DNA from: Coniocarpon cinnabarinum
Taxonomy: Eukaryota
NCBI GenBank assembly: GCA_051942205.1
Contig: JAVECO010000018.1
Coordinates: 1-64,000, forward strand
Direction of reading: 5' to 3'
DNA length: 64,000 nt
A model generated the notes under the pieces. The model did no database searches and was not told where the DNA came from. It saw only the letters and a program-made list of their open reading frames with translations. The position numbers and the translations under genes were made by a program. Below are positions 1-10,656 of this stretch, piece by piece. The first letter of the stretch is position 1. Every line of letters begins with the position of its first letter.

Positions 1-1
1 G

Positions 2-622
2 CCCCAAAGCTCCCCCATCACAGACCCCAAAACCCAATGGACCATCAACGCCGAAACCGCCCGCTTGCAGCAGCAACAATCCCTCGACCTCCAAGCCGCC
101 GAGGCACGGAAGCGCGAACGCGAAAAAGCCGCCGAAGCCGAGCGTAAACGCCTCCTCGCGCAGCACGAGCGCGACGAGAAAGACCGACGGAAACGCGAGC
201 GGGACGTCGCGAAGGAGACGGAGCGCTTGCGCCGAATCTACGGCGATCAGAGCGGGTTAGCGCCTTTGCCGGTGCGAACGAAAGATCACAGTGGACGGAG
301 TGGAGCACAGACTGCGCCGCTGTCACAGGGACCATTTCCCGGACCCAGAAAACAGAGTGCACCGGGAGGAGCGGGACATCGGTATCCTTCGCATCCGGTG
401 CAGGCGGGACGATCGAATCAGCAGACTTTACGACCGGTGGCGTCGCAGAATTTGGCGCCGCAGAGGCAGCAGGGCGTCAGTAATGTATTCCCGCAGAGCG
501 GCGGCGGGGCGTTTGGAGCGGGGAAGAGTGTTGGCAATTTGTTGGGTGTGGGTGGTGGTGGGGGGAATGAGAAGGACAAGGGGAAGGGGAAGTTGGCGAA
601 GAAGAGGAGTAGTTTTTGGTAG
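2..622 (+). CDS. Hypothetical protein, 3' part only (5'-truncated by window edge); charged coiled-coil then Gly/Gln-rich tail ending KKRSSFW
   Basis: Frame is open from position 2 (PQSSPITDPKTQWTINAETARLQ...) to TAG at 620-622. It has an E/R/K-rich helical segment and coding-like composition. Confidence 0.7.
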   Translation, partial: PQSSPITDPKTQWTINAETARLQQQQSLDLQAAEARKREREKAAEAERKRLLAQHERDEKDRRKRERDVAKETERLRRIYGDQSGLAPLPVRTKDHSGRSGAQTAPLSQGPFPGPRKQSAPGGAGHRYPSHPVQAGRSNQQTLRPVASQNLAPQRQQGVSNVFPQSGGGAFGAGKSVGNLLGVGGGGGNEKDKGKGKLAKKRSSFW

Positions 623-945
623 AGCCTTGGACTGTGTTGATGTGGATGCGAGAGACATGAAAATAGGGTCAGAGATATGTGGTTGATAGCCATGTGAGCT
701 GCTGGCAAATTCCGACCACACGATGGAACAGCGGAGAGGAGAGAGCAGGGACGATAGGGGAAAGACGATCGAGGTTTATTGATACCCACGAGGAGAGATG
801 AGCATGTTTCTCGATATGATACAAGTCACTCAATGAAGTGAATCTGGCCACCACAGCTTCTAACTCAAAGTGCTACTTTGAAGCAGCCTTCTCAGCCACG
901 CCCACTTATGTACAAGTCCAGGTACAAGCAACTCCCAGACCACAC

Positions 946-2631
946 TCACGTCGCATCAATCTTCGCCCTCTCCGCCGCCTTGACCCCTTCAAACCTCACC
1001 TGCCGTCCCTTCACACCATCAACCCGTCGGCGGACGACCCACCAAAGCCGTCGCGTGGTCCAAACCCGACTCCCCAGTACTACCGCCCCCGTCAAAAGCG
1101 CCAAAGCCCCGGCCTGATGCAACGCCGCCAACGGCACAGGAACCATGTATATCAGCGTCGAGATCCCCAACGTCGCCTGCATCCAGACGAGTCCCGTCGT
1201 CCCGAGCAGAGCTCTCTTCGCGCCGCGCGTCAGTGTGTTTCTTACGTTGCGGCTGGCGAATGCGTAAGCAGCCAACGCATTGACGGCTGTGAATGTGGAA
1301 GTCGCGAGGATGCGGTGGTCGAGTTGGACGAGGGACGGGTTCTCGAGGGCATTCCGCCAGAGAAGATCGCTTTTGTCGTGATTCCGTGAGTAGAAGGGAG
1401 AAAGGAGTTCGGATTTGGGAGGCGTGAGGGAGAGGCCCATGTAGGGGAATTCGTTGTAAATGAGGCCAGCGTCGAGGCCTGCGACGAGCGCGCCGGAGAA
1501 GACGGTGATCGCAATGAGACCTGTTGTGAACGCCGAGGCGAGGCGGAAAAGTCGCAATCGCGGACTTGACAGCCGCTCCAGCAATTTCAGTGAGCGATTC
1601 GGTTGTTCAGCCAGTCCGAGGCGGCGCTCACGCTGGACTTGCAATCCCGTCCAAAGCATAGCGATGTACGTCGCGAATGCCAACGATAAATGGGTCGCTA
1701 GTCTATACTGACTCACGCGCGGCGTCTTGTCCTTCTCAAACAACTCGTCTTTGAGACCCGAACTCACCATCCACCACCCGACCGCCGCTTGTGTCCCAAT
1801 CAGAACCTTGATACCTACCAGATTCCGCGCGACGTGCGCGGACACCCGGCGGCGCGCGATGAAGTACAAAGCCGGGAGCGCAAAGGACAAACCGACGACT
1901 CGTCCCCAGATCCGATGCGTCCACTCCATCCAGTAGATCTTTTTGAACTCGGAAAGGGTCATGTGCGGGTTTAATTTTTGGAACTCGGGTGTTCTTCGAT
2001 AGAGGGTGAATTCTTGGTCCCAGGATGTGGAGGTAAAGGGGGGTAAGGTACCAGTGATGGGTTTCCATTCGGTGATGGAGAGGCTGTGAGATGGCGCGTT
2101 AGTGTATGGCGTGTGGAGGTGTATAGGGCAGTTAGGTGGGATGGCAAAGAGGAGATCAACATACCCTGATTCTGTGAGTCTTGTTAAACCACCGAACACC
2201 ACAATCCCGAAGACGCTGATGGCGCTACCAAAGAGCCAGTATGCTACGATCGAGCGACTGTATATCGGGAAGTATCTACCCTTTTCCGCAGCGCTCCTTT
2301 CGCCAATATGAGCAATCGGATTCGCGACGACTCGGAGCGCATGTCGAAGGCGTTCCGCTCGTGAGGCTCCAGTTCCAGCACCTGACGATGACGCCGCTGC
2401 AAAATCGCTAGGAGATACGGTCGTCGATTGACTGCGGAAAGCCTGCAGAAAGGGCGTTTGTTTTCGAGATTTGTAGATTCGTGGAGATTCATGGGAAAGC
2501 TGTGATGAGTGGCGCGGAAACTGTAGTGCTGGTGACTTGGGAGACTGGTGACATTGCGGAGTGAAGAAGCGCCTGGACAGTCTTGGAGCTGCTGTCCTCA
2601 GAAGAGGGTGCAGCGAGCTCGGACAATTCAT
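946..2631 (-). CDS. COX15: Heme A synthase / cytochrome c oxidase assembly protein COX15; exons 2631-2165 and 2083-946
   Basis: Motifs VFGGLTRLTESGLSITEW (after splicing), EWTHRIWGR, VSQYRLATHL, GALVAGLDAG and LHQAG. Arg/Ser-rich mitochondrial presequence. Intron 2164-2084: GTATGT..CTAAC..CAG. Confidence 0.96.
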   Translation of the reverse strand: MNCPSSLHPLLRTAAPRLSRRFFTPQCHQSPKSPALQFPRHSSQLSHESPRIYKSRKQTPFLQAFRSQSTTVSPSDFAAASSSGAGTGASRAERLRHALRVVANPIAHIGERSAAEKGRYFPIYSRSIVAYWLFGSAISVFGIVVFGGLTRLTESGYVDLLFAIPPNCPIHLHTPYTNAPSHSLSITEWKPITGTLPPFTSTSWDQEFTLYRRTPEFQKLNPHMTLSEFKKIYWMEWTHRIWGRVVGLSFALPALYFIARRRVSAHVARNLVGIKVLIGTQAAVGWWMVSSGLKDELFEKDKTPRVSQYRLATHLSLAFATYIAMLWTGLQVQRERRLGLAEQPNRSLKLLERLSSPRLRLFRLASAFTTGLIAITVFSGALVAGLDAGLIYNEFPYMGLSLTPPKSELLSPFYSRNHDKSDLLWRNALENPSLVQLDHRILATSTFTAVNALAAYAFASRNVRNTLTRGAKRALLGTTGLVWMQATLGISTLIYMVPVPLAALHQAGALALLTGAVVLGSRVWTTRRLWWVVRRRVDGVKGRQVRFEGVKAAERAKIDAT

Positions 2632-2921
2632 CCTTTGCTCAGAGGTGATTTCAAGATACAGTGATTGATCTTTACTTCAAGATCAAGGATCTAGCGTTGC
2701 CGCAAGGGCAGATGATGTATCACCATATTCCCAACATAGTATACAATCATCCTAGCGGTGATGACTCCAACGGAGTCCGATATCGCGGGTAAAAATACCT
2801 ATCTATTCGTAGACCTTTGGAACTGCTTAAAGAATAGTATTGTTCTTTAATTTGATATCGACTAACAGCTCATGGATGAATTGGAGAAGCCCTTGGAGGA
2901 CGACCCTGCAGCGACGAGCCG

Positions 2922-5918
2922 TCACACCACGCCCAGAACAACGATAAATCTATAGTCCCGGCTTCTCCTACCAGCGCCAGGTTCTCTATTCGCCGACTCT
3001 GGGCCTTCACACAGCTCTTCCTTACTACTGCCATACTTAGCCTCGTGGTCGTCAACGAAGCTCGTTTCCGCCACAGCGCTGATTAGATCTCCATGCTCCT
3101 GCTCGTCATCCTCGTCATCCGCCATCAGTGTACTGCTCTTCCATCCCCAGCTCTGGCTGTAGTTGAAGTCGCAGGGGACAGACTCGTATAGGTTCAGGAC
3201 ACGTCCACCACGGCTCGGTGAGAAGATTTTGAAGTACGTCTTGATGGTGGGCCGCTTGTCCATGTAGGGCGCCAGGGCTGGTACGTAGTGTCGTTCTGGC
3301 TGCTCTCCACAATGAACCAAGCAGGTATTCTCGTTCTCGGAGCTAGTGTCAGATGGTGAAGGTGGCGAGAAGCTTGTCACATTGTGGGGAGAGTGTGGGA
3401 AAGCCGTTGGGGAGCAAGAACAAGTCGCTGCGGACGCATGCGGAGATCTGCCGTGATCAGTAGGAGTTTGCTGATTATTAGCGTCTGGATACGCCCAGCT
3501 AGAGCGTGAAACGTCACCCGCGCCGTATAGGTCCGACATGCGAGGTATGTGATGATTTCGTCCATTTGGTCGATAGCGTGCTTGCATGCGTTGCTCAAGC
3601 GCACCGATTCGGCGATCAACAGCGCCATGTGGACTTGGAGATATTGCGTCGGTTTTCGACTGCTTAGGGGCACGGTGCAGATAGACTCCAACATGAGGAT
3701 TCTTCGCGCCTTTCTTGACCTTCTTGACATACACATTCCAGTAGCTGCCCGCATAGAAGATCGTCTGCGAGAATACCTTTCGTCCATCCTTCAAGAAACG
3801 CGCATTGGGTAGCTCGACGGCAAAGCGAAATGGAGGATAAGTACTGTATGTTGGCGTGAGAGTTCGGGAGGGACTCGATGCGTGATCTGGTCTGCGACTT
3901 TGCTCAGTGTCATAGCTACCGTCGCCTTCGTAGTCGTATTCGTCTGGTTGCGCCAGGAGGTGCGACGTTGCTTGCGGATCATAAAGACCTTGCAATGTTC
4001 CCTGCGAAGAATCCGTTTTCTCATCACTGCCAAGCACGACGTTGCGATCTGTTTGAGGGATTGCATAACGATGAGAGCCGTCCAAAGCCTTTGCGGCGAC
4101 CGTAGATGATTCAGTTATTTCAGAATCTGGACTACCGGACAGCTGAGCAACCACTCTGGCATTGCCTAAGCGACCGGTGTCTTCGCTTGATGCCATGGAG
4201 CCAGCTCGCCATTGAGGCTCGTCTTGACACTGCAGGCCCAGAGTGTAGTTCCCTTGAGCGGCATTGAGAATTTTCTGCCGCAATTCCAGATTGCTCCAAA
4301 GAGCGTCTTGGATGGTAGTCTCCGAAAGAACAGGTACACCGAGGACGTCTTTTGCATTACGCACAGACTGAAGCTGTTCGAAATCCATGTGGACGTAGTG
4401 AATGTCTTCGTCGAGTAGTGTGAGGAGGGGCCGTATTTCTATGTGACCATAGAGGGCCTCCCACCGACGCCAGGTTGGCGCATCTTCAAGCGATATCCGG
4501 GACATGATTTGTTCGACAATCGCTGGCTTAGGTCTTACAGCTCGACCTCGGATTTCTTTAGGTGCTTGAGAGGAGTGAGATGCCCACAGACCGGCTTCGT
4601 GTGCAACAGCTTTTAAACGGCGGTCTAAGAGCTTCTTTGCCAGGCACCAGCGATTCCACTCATCCTTTACGAAGAAGCCATCACTTCCAACCAGCTCACG
4701 AACGAGCTCGCTAGGTACTCCATCCCAGACACCTGCCTGCAGATCAGCGCCGTTGCGACAGAGCATGGCCTTAGCAGATTCGAAGATTCGCTCGCCAGGC
4801 TTTCCGTAATAGTTGGCTGATACAACTTGAAGGATCGGCGCCAGGTTCGAAGGGCCCATTCTCTTCAAGATAGCGGCCATACTGTCATTGACCAAGTCTT
4901 GCATTTCCAGCCAGCACCCGGTGGCAAACAGGCAGACAGCTTCTTCATCCTCTTCCGCCCGAAGAGAGCAGCCATAAAGACGTTTCAAAGCAAGCTCAAA
5001 AGCTCGTTGTGTGATGTTCGGGTCTGTTTCTTCTGGATGCAGCTCAACTTCCTTTTGAGATGCCTCACACCAGGGGGGAGATAATGCGGATTCGAAAAAG
5101 GGCGCGCGATCCAGGATAATTCTGTGGAGTCTATAGTCCTTTCCGAATACCTTGACTGTGATGTCTGAATGCTTGCCTTGGAGCAAACCGCGATCCAATA
5201 AATGATGGGGCAGCGAGGAGGTCTCTCCCGGTTGCGCTACGCTTGCATTAGCTTGGGATGTGTCCAGAAATGTCTGTGCGCAAGACTTACATCTGATGTA
5301 GCTCAAGTTCTGATCTTGAGCAGGTGTTGGCTTCTGAAACGAAGGTTCTCGAGAGGTTGATGGTGATGATTGCATAGCGAACAGTCGATTGACCCTCATG
5401 GATGTCGCCGTGTTTTGCCTCACCGGGTGCCTTCTTCTCCTCGCTTCGAATGTGTCATCAACATCGTCGCTGTCTTTCTGAGCATCAAGGACGATTGTAG
5501 GCGGGTTGGCAATCGACGGACGCGCATCGAGCTCGGTCGCTCGATCGGTTTGACCATCCATGCCAAAATGCATTGACCCGCTGGTGCTTGGGCGTGTGGA
5601 TTCGAAGCCTGACGATCGTCTTGGAGGAGGGCGTCGTGGAGCAGATCCAGCCTCTCTGGGTGTCATGCTGGAGGAAGAAGCGCGTGTGGGAGCCCAGCGA
5701 GTAAAAGGTCTCGCCACGGCTGCGAAGCCAACAGTACTACTGCTTGTGGAGGCATCGGAATTGGAGAAGAAATGCGATGAGAACCTCCTGGAGAAATCTG
5801 ACGAATGTGCGTGTCCTCCGAAGCTTGCAGCCGAGCCAACGGAAGCTGGTAGGTCCCGAAAGGTCGGATCAAGTGTGACTAGGTCATGGAGGTCGGCTGT
5901 ATTATGGACTTGCGCCAT
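2922..5918 (-). CDS. BTB/POZ domain protein with C-terminal MATH-like beta domain (putative Cullin3 adaptor), 998 aa
   Basis: BTB signature HSDITVKVFGKDYRLHRIILDRAPFFESAL...AFELALKRLYG. C-terminal PPFRFAVE..FYAGSYWNVYV..SQSWGWKS...RFIVVLGVV. Single ORF. Confidence 0.85.
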   Translation of the reverse strand: MAQVHNTADLHDLVTLDPTFRDLPASVGSAASFGGHAHSSDFSRRFSSHFFSNSDASTSSSTVGFAAVARPFTRWAPTRASSSSMTPREAGSAPRRPPPRRSSGFESTRPSTSGSMHFGMDGQTDRATELDARPSIANPPTIVLDAQKDSDDVDDTFEARRRRHPVRQNTATSMRVNRLFAMQSSPSTSREPSFQKPTPAQDQNLSYIRCKSCAQTFLDTSQANASVAQPGETSSLPHHLLDRGLLQGKHSDITVKVFGKDYRLHRIILDRAPFFESALSPPWCEASQKEVELHPEETDPNITQRAFELALKRLYGCSLRAEEDEEAVCLFATGCWLEMQDLVNDSMAAILKRMGPSNLAPILQVVSANYYGKPGERIFESAKAMLCRNGADLQAGVWDGVPSELVRELVGSDGFFVKDEWNRWCLAKKLLDRRLKAVAHEAGLWASHSSQAPKEIRGRAVRPKPAIVEQIMSRISLEDAPTWRRWEALYGHIEIRPLLTLLDEDIHYVHMDFEQLQSVRNAKDVLGVPVLSETTIQDALWSNLELRQKILNAAQGNYTLGLQCQDEPQWRAGSMASSEDTGRLGNARVVAQLSGSPDSEITESSTVAAKALDGSHRYAIPQTDRNVVLGSDEKTDSSQGTLQGLYDPQATSHLLAQPDEYDYEGDGSYDTEQSRRPDHASSPSRTLTPTYSTYPPFRFAVELPNARFLKDGRKVFSQTIFYAGSYWNVYVKKVKKGAKNPHVGVYLHRAPKQSKTDAISPSPHGAVDRRIGALEQRMQARYRPNGRNHHIPRMSDLYGAGDVSRSSWAYPDANNQQTPTDHGRSPHASAATCSCSPTAFPHSPHNVTSFSPPSPSDTSSENENTCLVHCGEQPERHYVPALAPYMDKRPTIKTYFKIFSPSRGGRVLNLYESVPCDFNYSQSWGWKSSTLMADDEDDEQEHGDLISAVAETSFVDDHEAKYGSSKEELCEGPESANREPGAGRRSRDYRFIVVLGVV

Positions 5919-6700
5919 CTTCTGTGACTATTTCTGAGGCAAGTAGCTGGGCTTCAAACATAGGGTCTCTCAACGCATTGTTTCTCAGGCTTCGGCTGTG
6001 GGAGACACAAAAAGAGCAAGGCAGTACCAGTAAGCTGCGGAAAACGACTGCAGTTAAGAGCGCCGACGTCCACAAGTTGACGGATGGAAGAATGTGATAT
6101 CCCAGCAGTCGAAGGGGATGAGAAAGCAGAAAACCGTCCCAATTTGAGGTTAGGAGTGACCACACGGGATTGCCTGAGCTCCTTTGCAAACTGCGGAACG
6201 CTGAGTCGCACGGTGACGTCTCACCCGTGATGCAGAAAGTGAGAAAATGTAAGCCCCTGCCAGAATTGCACTTGTGGATCAAGCAGGCTTCACATTGATG
6301 GAAGATGTATTTCATAGCTGTTTCTGAGGTATGATTGTAGAGTTGCGCCTCTGTTGAGCCGGCGAAGCTCGCATTTGACCGTTGCTTGAAGCCAGAGGTT
6401 TGTTGAAGAAGTCAAAGACCCTGAAATGCGAGCCCGCACCATTGCATTAGCGCCCGCTGCGGGAGCATCGCTGGGTCTGACATCACTTGCACGTGATGTA
6501 TCCATGGTCTTAACGCGCTTATCCCCGAAAGCTCTCCAGACCTCGGCCTGCGTTCGTTACAGATCTGAGACGATAAGGCAGGAAAGCCTGCGCCCAAGCA
6601 GCATGCGACAAGAGAACCTTGCCTCGAGCTGCCTCACCTCACAAAGTCATCGCCCAAGCCACTGCGCGTGTAGAGGCTTTCTCCAAAGCATACCGCCAAG

Positions 6701-7858
6701 ATGGGTCTCGAATCAACGGTATCCTCTGTTATCTCCTACCAACCGTTCAAAGGTGCTTGGACGCTGCTCGCGGTCCTCTTCAACGCAGCGCGCATCCCTC
6801 TATGGATTCTCTACTACACGCCCCGTCCATTACGCCAGAATCCAAACTGGACGCTGGGGCAATGCGTACGAGTGCGTGTCATACGCGCTTTCCTGTGGAA
6901 CGCGGCCATGATCCAAATGCGTGTGCCCATGGCGCTGGCGCCGGGCGCGGAGCAGGCACGCTTCATCACTTTACCTCCAGCGAAGGAGCAATACTTCACA
7001 GGTGTCACGGCGGCCGACCCTGATGTCCAGCCCATTGAAATAGGGGGGACCTGGTATCCTGAGAAGCCAGACCCCTCTGTGAAGAAGCCAGGTCTGGTGG
7101 CATTGCACTTTCACGGCGGAGCTTACGCAATTGGTGATGGACGAGAGCAAGACGCAGGTTTCGGGGCTCAGACCATATTGAAGAACACAGATGCCACCGC
7201 CGTGTTTTGCCCGCAGTACCGTCTCGCAACACATCCGAATTGCCGCTTTCCAGCGCAACTACAAGATGCGATCAGTGCATACGTGTATCTCCAGGATATG
7301 GGCATTCCGGCTGAGCAAATTGTCGTTGGTGGCGACAGTGCCGGTGGTCACCTTACGCTTTGCTTACTTCGATACCTGTCAGAAAGCGGCGACAAGGTAG
7401 GTCTGCAATCACCGGCGTGCGCATGGCTTTGGAGTCCGTGGTCAGCCCCTCGCGGTGCTCTGGATTACGCACGGTTCAACAGGAATCCATTCGCGAATGT
7501 CGATTATGTGGGGACCACTTTCGGCCGGTGGGGCTGCTTGAACCTTGCACCCTCTGAGGAAAAGACTGGCCTGACGGTTCACTCACCCATGTTGAACTAC
7601 GTGGACAATCCTTTCCCCTCAAAGACGCCTATGTGGGTTCAGTACGGTGGCAGTGAAATACTGCTCCACGATGGCGTAAAGATGACGGAGCAGCTTCGAC
7701 TGGTCGAAGGCAATGTCGTAGATATTGAGATCACCAAGGATGCTCCGCATGACATTATCTTGATCGGCCATCTGTTGGGCTTCGCCGATCAGGCGAGAAC
7801 GGCAGCCGTTCTTGCGAACGAATTCTTGAGAAAGCAAGTGGGCGTTTCATCAGGTTGA
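6701..7858 (+). CDS. Alpha/beta hydrolase (HSL/Abhydrolase_3-type esterase/lipase), 385 aa
   Basis: Oxyanion motif HFHGGAY, YRLA..FPAQLQDA, nucleophile elbow GDSAGG, C-terminal catalytic His (DAPHD). Confidence 0.9.
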   Translation: MGLESTVSSVISYQPFKGAWTLLAVLFNAARIPLWILYYTPRPLRQNPNWTLGQCVRVRVIRAFLWNAAMIQMRVPMALAPGAEQARFITLPPAKEQYFTGVTAADPDVQPIEIGGTWYPEKPDPSVKKPGLVALHFHGGAYAIGDGREQDAGFGAQTILKNTDATAVFCPQYRLATHPNCRFPAQLQDAISAYVYLQDMGIPAEQIVVGGDSAGGHLTLCLLRYLSESGDKVGLQSPACAWLWSPWSAPRGALDYARFNRNPFANVDYVGTTFGRWGCLNLAPSEEKTGLTVHSPMLNYVDNPFPSKTPMWVQYGGSEILLHDGVKMTEQLRLVEGNVVDIEITKDAPHDIILIGHLLGFADQARTAAVLANEFLRKQVGVSSG

Positions 7859-8112
7859 TGCAGTTCGTTGAAACCTGTAGCTGTTTGAATAAGGTGGATA
7901 TGCTTGTTGTCTTGTTCAAAATGAACAATTTGGGACGGACTTGTGCAGCAATATTGCATGGGAAGACTTCACAAGTTGTGAGCACATCGCTCACCCGTTC
8001 AAAAGGTCCTCGAGAAGGAAATGACAAGCCGTCTTAAGCTTCAGTCATCTTTTGCAGGCTACCTATGATAGGATACAACCACTGCCGGACGGTTTGGTGA
8101 ACTTCAGAAGCT

Positions 8113-10087
8113 TCATTGACCGCTGCGGACATCTTCTACGACCTCAGCGGGCTCGATGCCGACCTCTTCTACCGCCAGCAGAGTTCCTTTCTTCTCGTTT
8201 TGTTCTTGCTTTTTCATGTACGGGAAAGTCAAGACCTCTCGAATGCTGTAGTTGTCAGTCAAAAACATTGCCATACGATCAATGCCCATGCCGAAGCCGC
8301 CGGTCGGTGGTAGTGCCCATTCCAGACTTTCGCAGAATGTTTCATCAATCAACTGGGCTTCGTCATCACCTGCAGCCTTCTGCCGAGCCTGTTCCTCGAA
8401 TCTTAATCGCTGATCAAAGGGATCGTTCAATTCAGTGTATGCATTAACGATTTCTTTACGGCAGACAAAAGCTTCGAATCGCTCACAAAGACCAGGTCTG
8501 TCGCGATGGTATTTGGCAAGTGGGGACATCATCTGAGGATGGCCCATGATGAACGTCGGTGAAACGCACGTCTCTTCAATGAACTCGCCGACAAGCTTGT
8601 CGATCATGCGTGCATTTGTGAGTGGTGGAGGACATTGGACATTCGTCTTCTTCAGGACTCGCTGCAGGAGGTCGTTCGTCTCTTGCGTATGCAGCTGATC
8701 TCCTGGTGGAAATTTCTCGCCAGTTTGCTTCTCCAATTCGGGTATCAAGTCCACTCGTCGCCACGGCTTCGCCCAATTGACGTGCAATTCCTCACCACTT
8801 TGCGTGTGGTAGGTTGTCTCGTATTTGCCCAGTGCGTGGAAAACCATCCCAGACACCAAGTCTTCGGTCATGTCCATGATGTCGTACATATCTGCAAAGG
8901 CCATATAAAACTCACAGCTTGTAAACTCGGGATTGTGAGTCAAATCAGCGTCTTCGTTTCGGAAATTCTTTCCAATCTCAAACACGCGTTCCAGACCGCC
9001 AACGACAAGCTCTTTGAGGAACAATTCTGGGGCTATTCGCATGAAGACGTCTTGATCGTATGCATTGTAAAAGGTCTTGAATGGTTTGGCCGTTGCACCA
9101 CCAGCAATTTGGTTGATCATTGGTGTTTCAACTTCGAGGAAATCTCGCTCTTTGAAAAAGGTGCGACAGTAGTCGATCATACGACCGCGGACCATAAAAG
9201 CCTGTCGCACACTGTCGTTCATTATCAGGTCCAAGTGACGTTTTCTGTGGCGCTCTTCCTGGTCTTTGAAGCCATAGTATTCATCGGGCATGTTGTGCAG
9301 ACATGGCGACAGCAGGACAACCTCTCGTGCAAAGATAGAAAGCTCGCCCTCAGCACGATTTCTGGGATTTGTGCGCCCAGGAAAGCCAACAATGCCAATA
9401 ATGTCACCTCGACGAAGAGGCTCATGCTGAGCGTGAAACTCTTCGAGGCTGTTGGCATTGTTTGATTGGCACATGACTTGGATTCGAATACCCTGTACGC
9501 GGACGACATAGAACATGAGATGTTGTCCTGATGCACGCTGTACGTCATGTCAGTCCGGGAACCCTTCGCCACACTTTGGAGAGACGCACCTTGCCGTATA
9601 TCCTTGCACCGACTCTGACTTCCACATCTTTGCGCTCTTCCCCAGTCTTGAGACTCGAGTATTCACCCATGAATTTATTCATATTCGTCGTGACGTGAAA
9701 TTTGTGAGGGTAAGGGTCCGGCTCTCTCGTCTGCTTAAGCCTCTTGATTCCTCGGCTGCGTATTTCGAAATATTGTCGCGGATCGAGCTTGCTTTCATCC
9801 TCTCCCTCATCTTGTTTACGCTTAGAGCTTGTCGCTGATGGTGGAGCATTGGCTGCTTTTTGAGCCTTTTTCTCCGCAATCTCTCTTTGCTTCTTGCGCT
9901 TCTTCACTAAAATGTCGCCTTGAATTAGCTTAAGGTCTCCTTCAACATGTCTTCGAGATCTCTTCCTAACGAGAAATTTTTCGCATGACGTACGTTCTGT
10001 TTTGGAAACGCGCTCCCCAGTGACTTCATCCAACTCTAGGTTTCTGAGCGCTTCAGCTGGAGGCTCGCTATTGGAAGGTTCAGACAT
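8113..10087 (-). CDS. KRS1: Cytosolic lysyl-tRNA synthetase (class II); exons 10087-9994, 9906-9590, 9537-8113
   Basis: Motifs [40 protein letters not shown]...[28 protein letters not shown]. Introns 9993-9907 (GTACGT..TAG) and 9589-9538 (GTGCGT..CTGAC..CAG) restore SKTELKKRKKQR and IYGKRASG. Confidence 0.97.
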
Positions 10088-10656
10088 GGTTGATAGCGTG
10101 GTTTCGAAAGGAACGAAATAAAACGAAGATGACCATGCGAGCAAGTCAAACGCAAACGAGGAACGAATTCAGTCACGCTTGAGCTTGACACCAGAGTATG
10201 GTATGCATTTCGATTCACACCACCCCACTTCTGCTGAATTTGTGCAGCTCATTAATATCGCCGCAAACGCCGCTACTACAAGGGGTTTCAAATACGGCAG
10301 GGTTAGGAAAATGATCTGTGAGTGACTGAACGTATTTAGGTGCACCTAGCACCTAGCTTACCGCCGTGTCCATAGGCAGTGTCGGTGATTGAGAGACTTC
10401 ATTCAAGGAAGTGTTCGCTAGTACAGGGATGAAAATTGCGAGGTGGTGGAAAATGAACGACTCGTCTCTTATGTTGATGCTCTCGTTACGGCGCGCGTCA
10501 TGATTGACCGCTCTAATATCTGCACCCCCCCTAATTCCTTTCGGCCGTTGCAACGTCGATGTCCTCTTCTATTGTGAATCATAGCCCCATACTGTGTCCT
10601 TGGGACCATCATTCGCTGATAAACTAGGCGTCGCTAAGGATCAGGCCCCCCTTCCT

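Noticed and set aside
8635..9465. 276-aa plus-strand ORF and similar antisense ORFs (e.g. 12933-13514, 21864-22811 alternative frame, 58939-59550)
   Set aside because: These are shadows of well-supported genes, explained by codon bias or low complexity, with no motifs.
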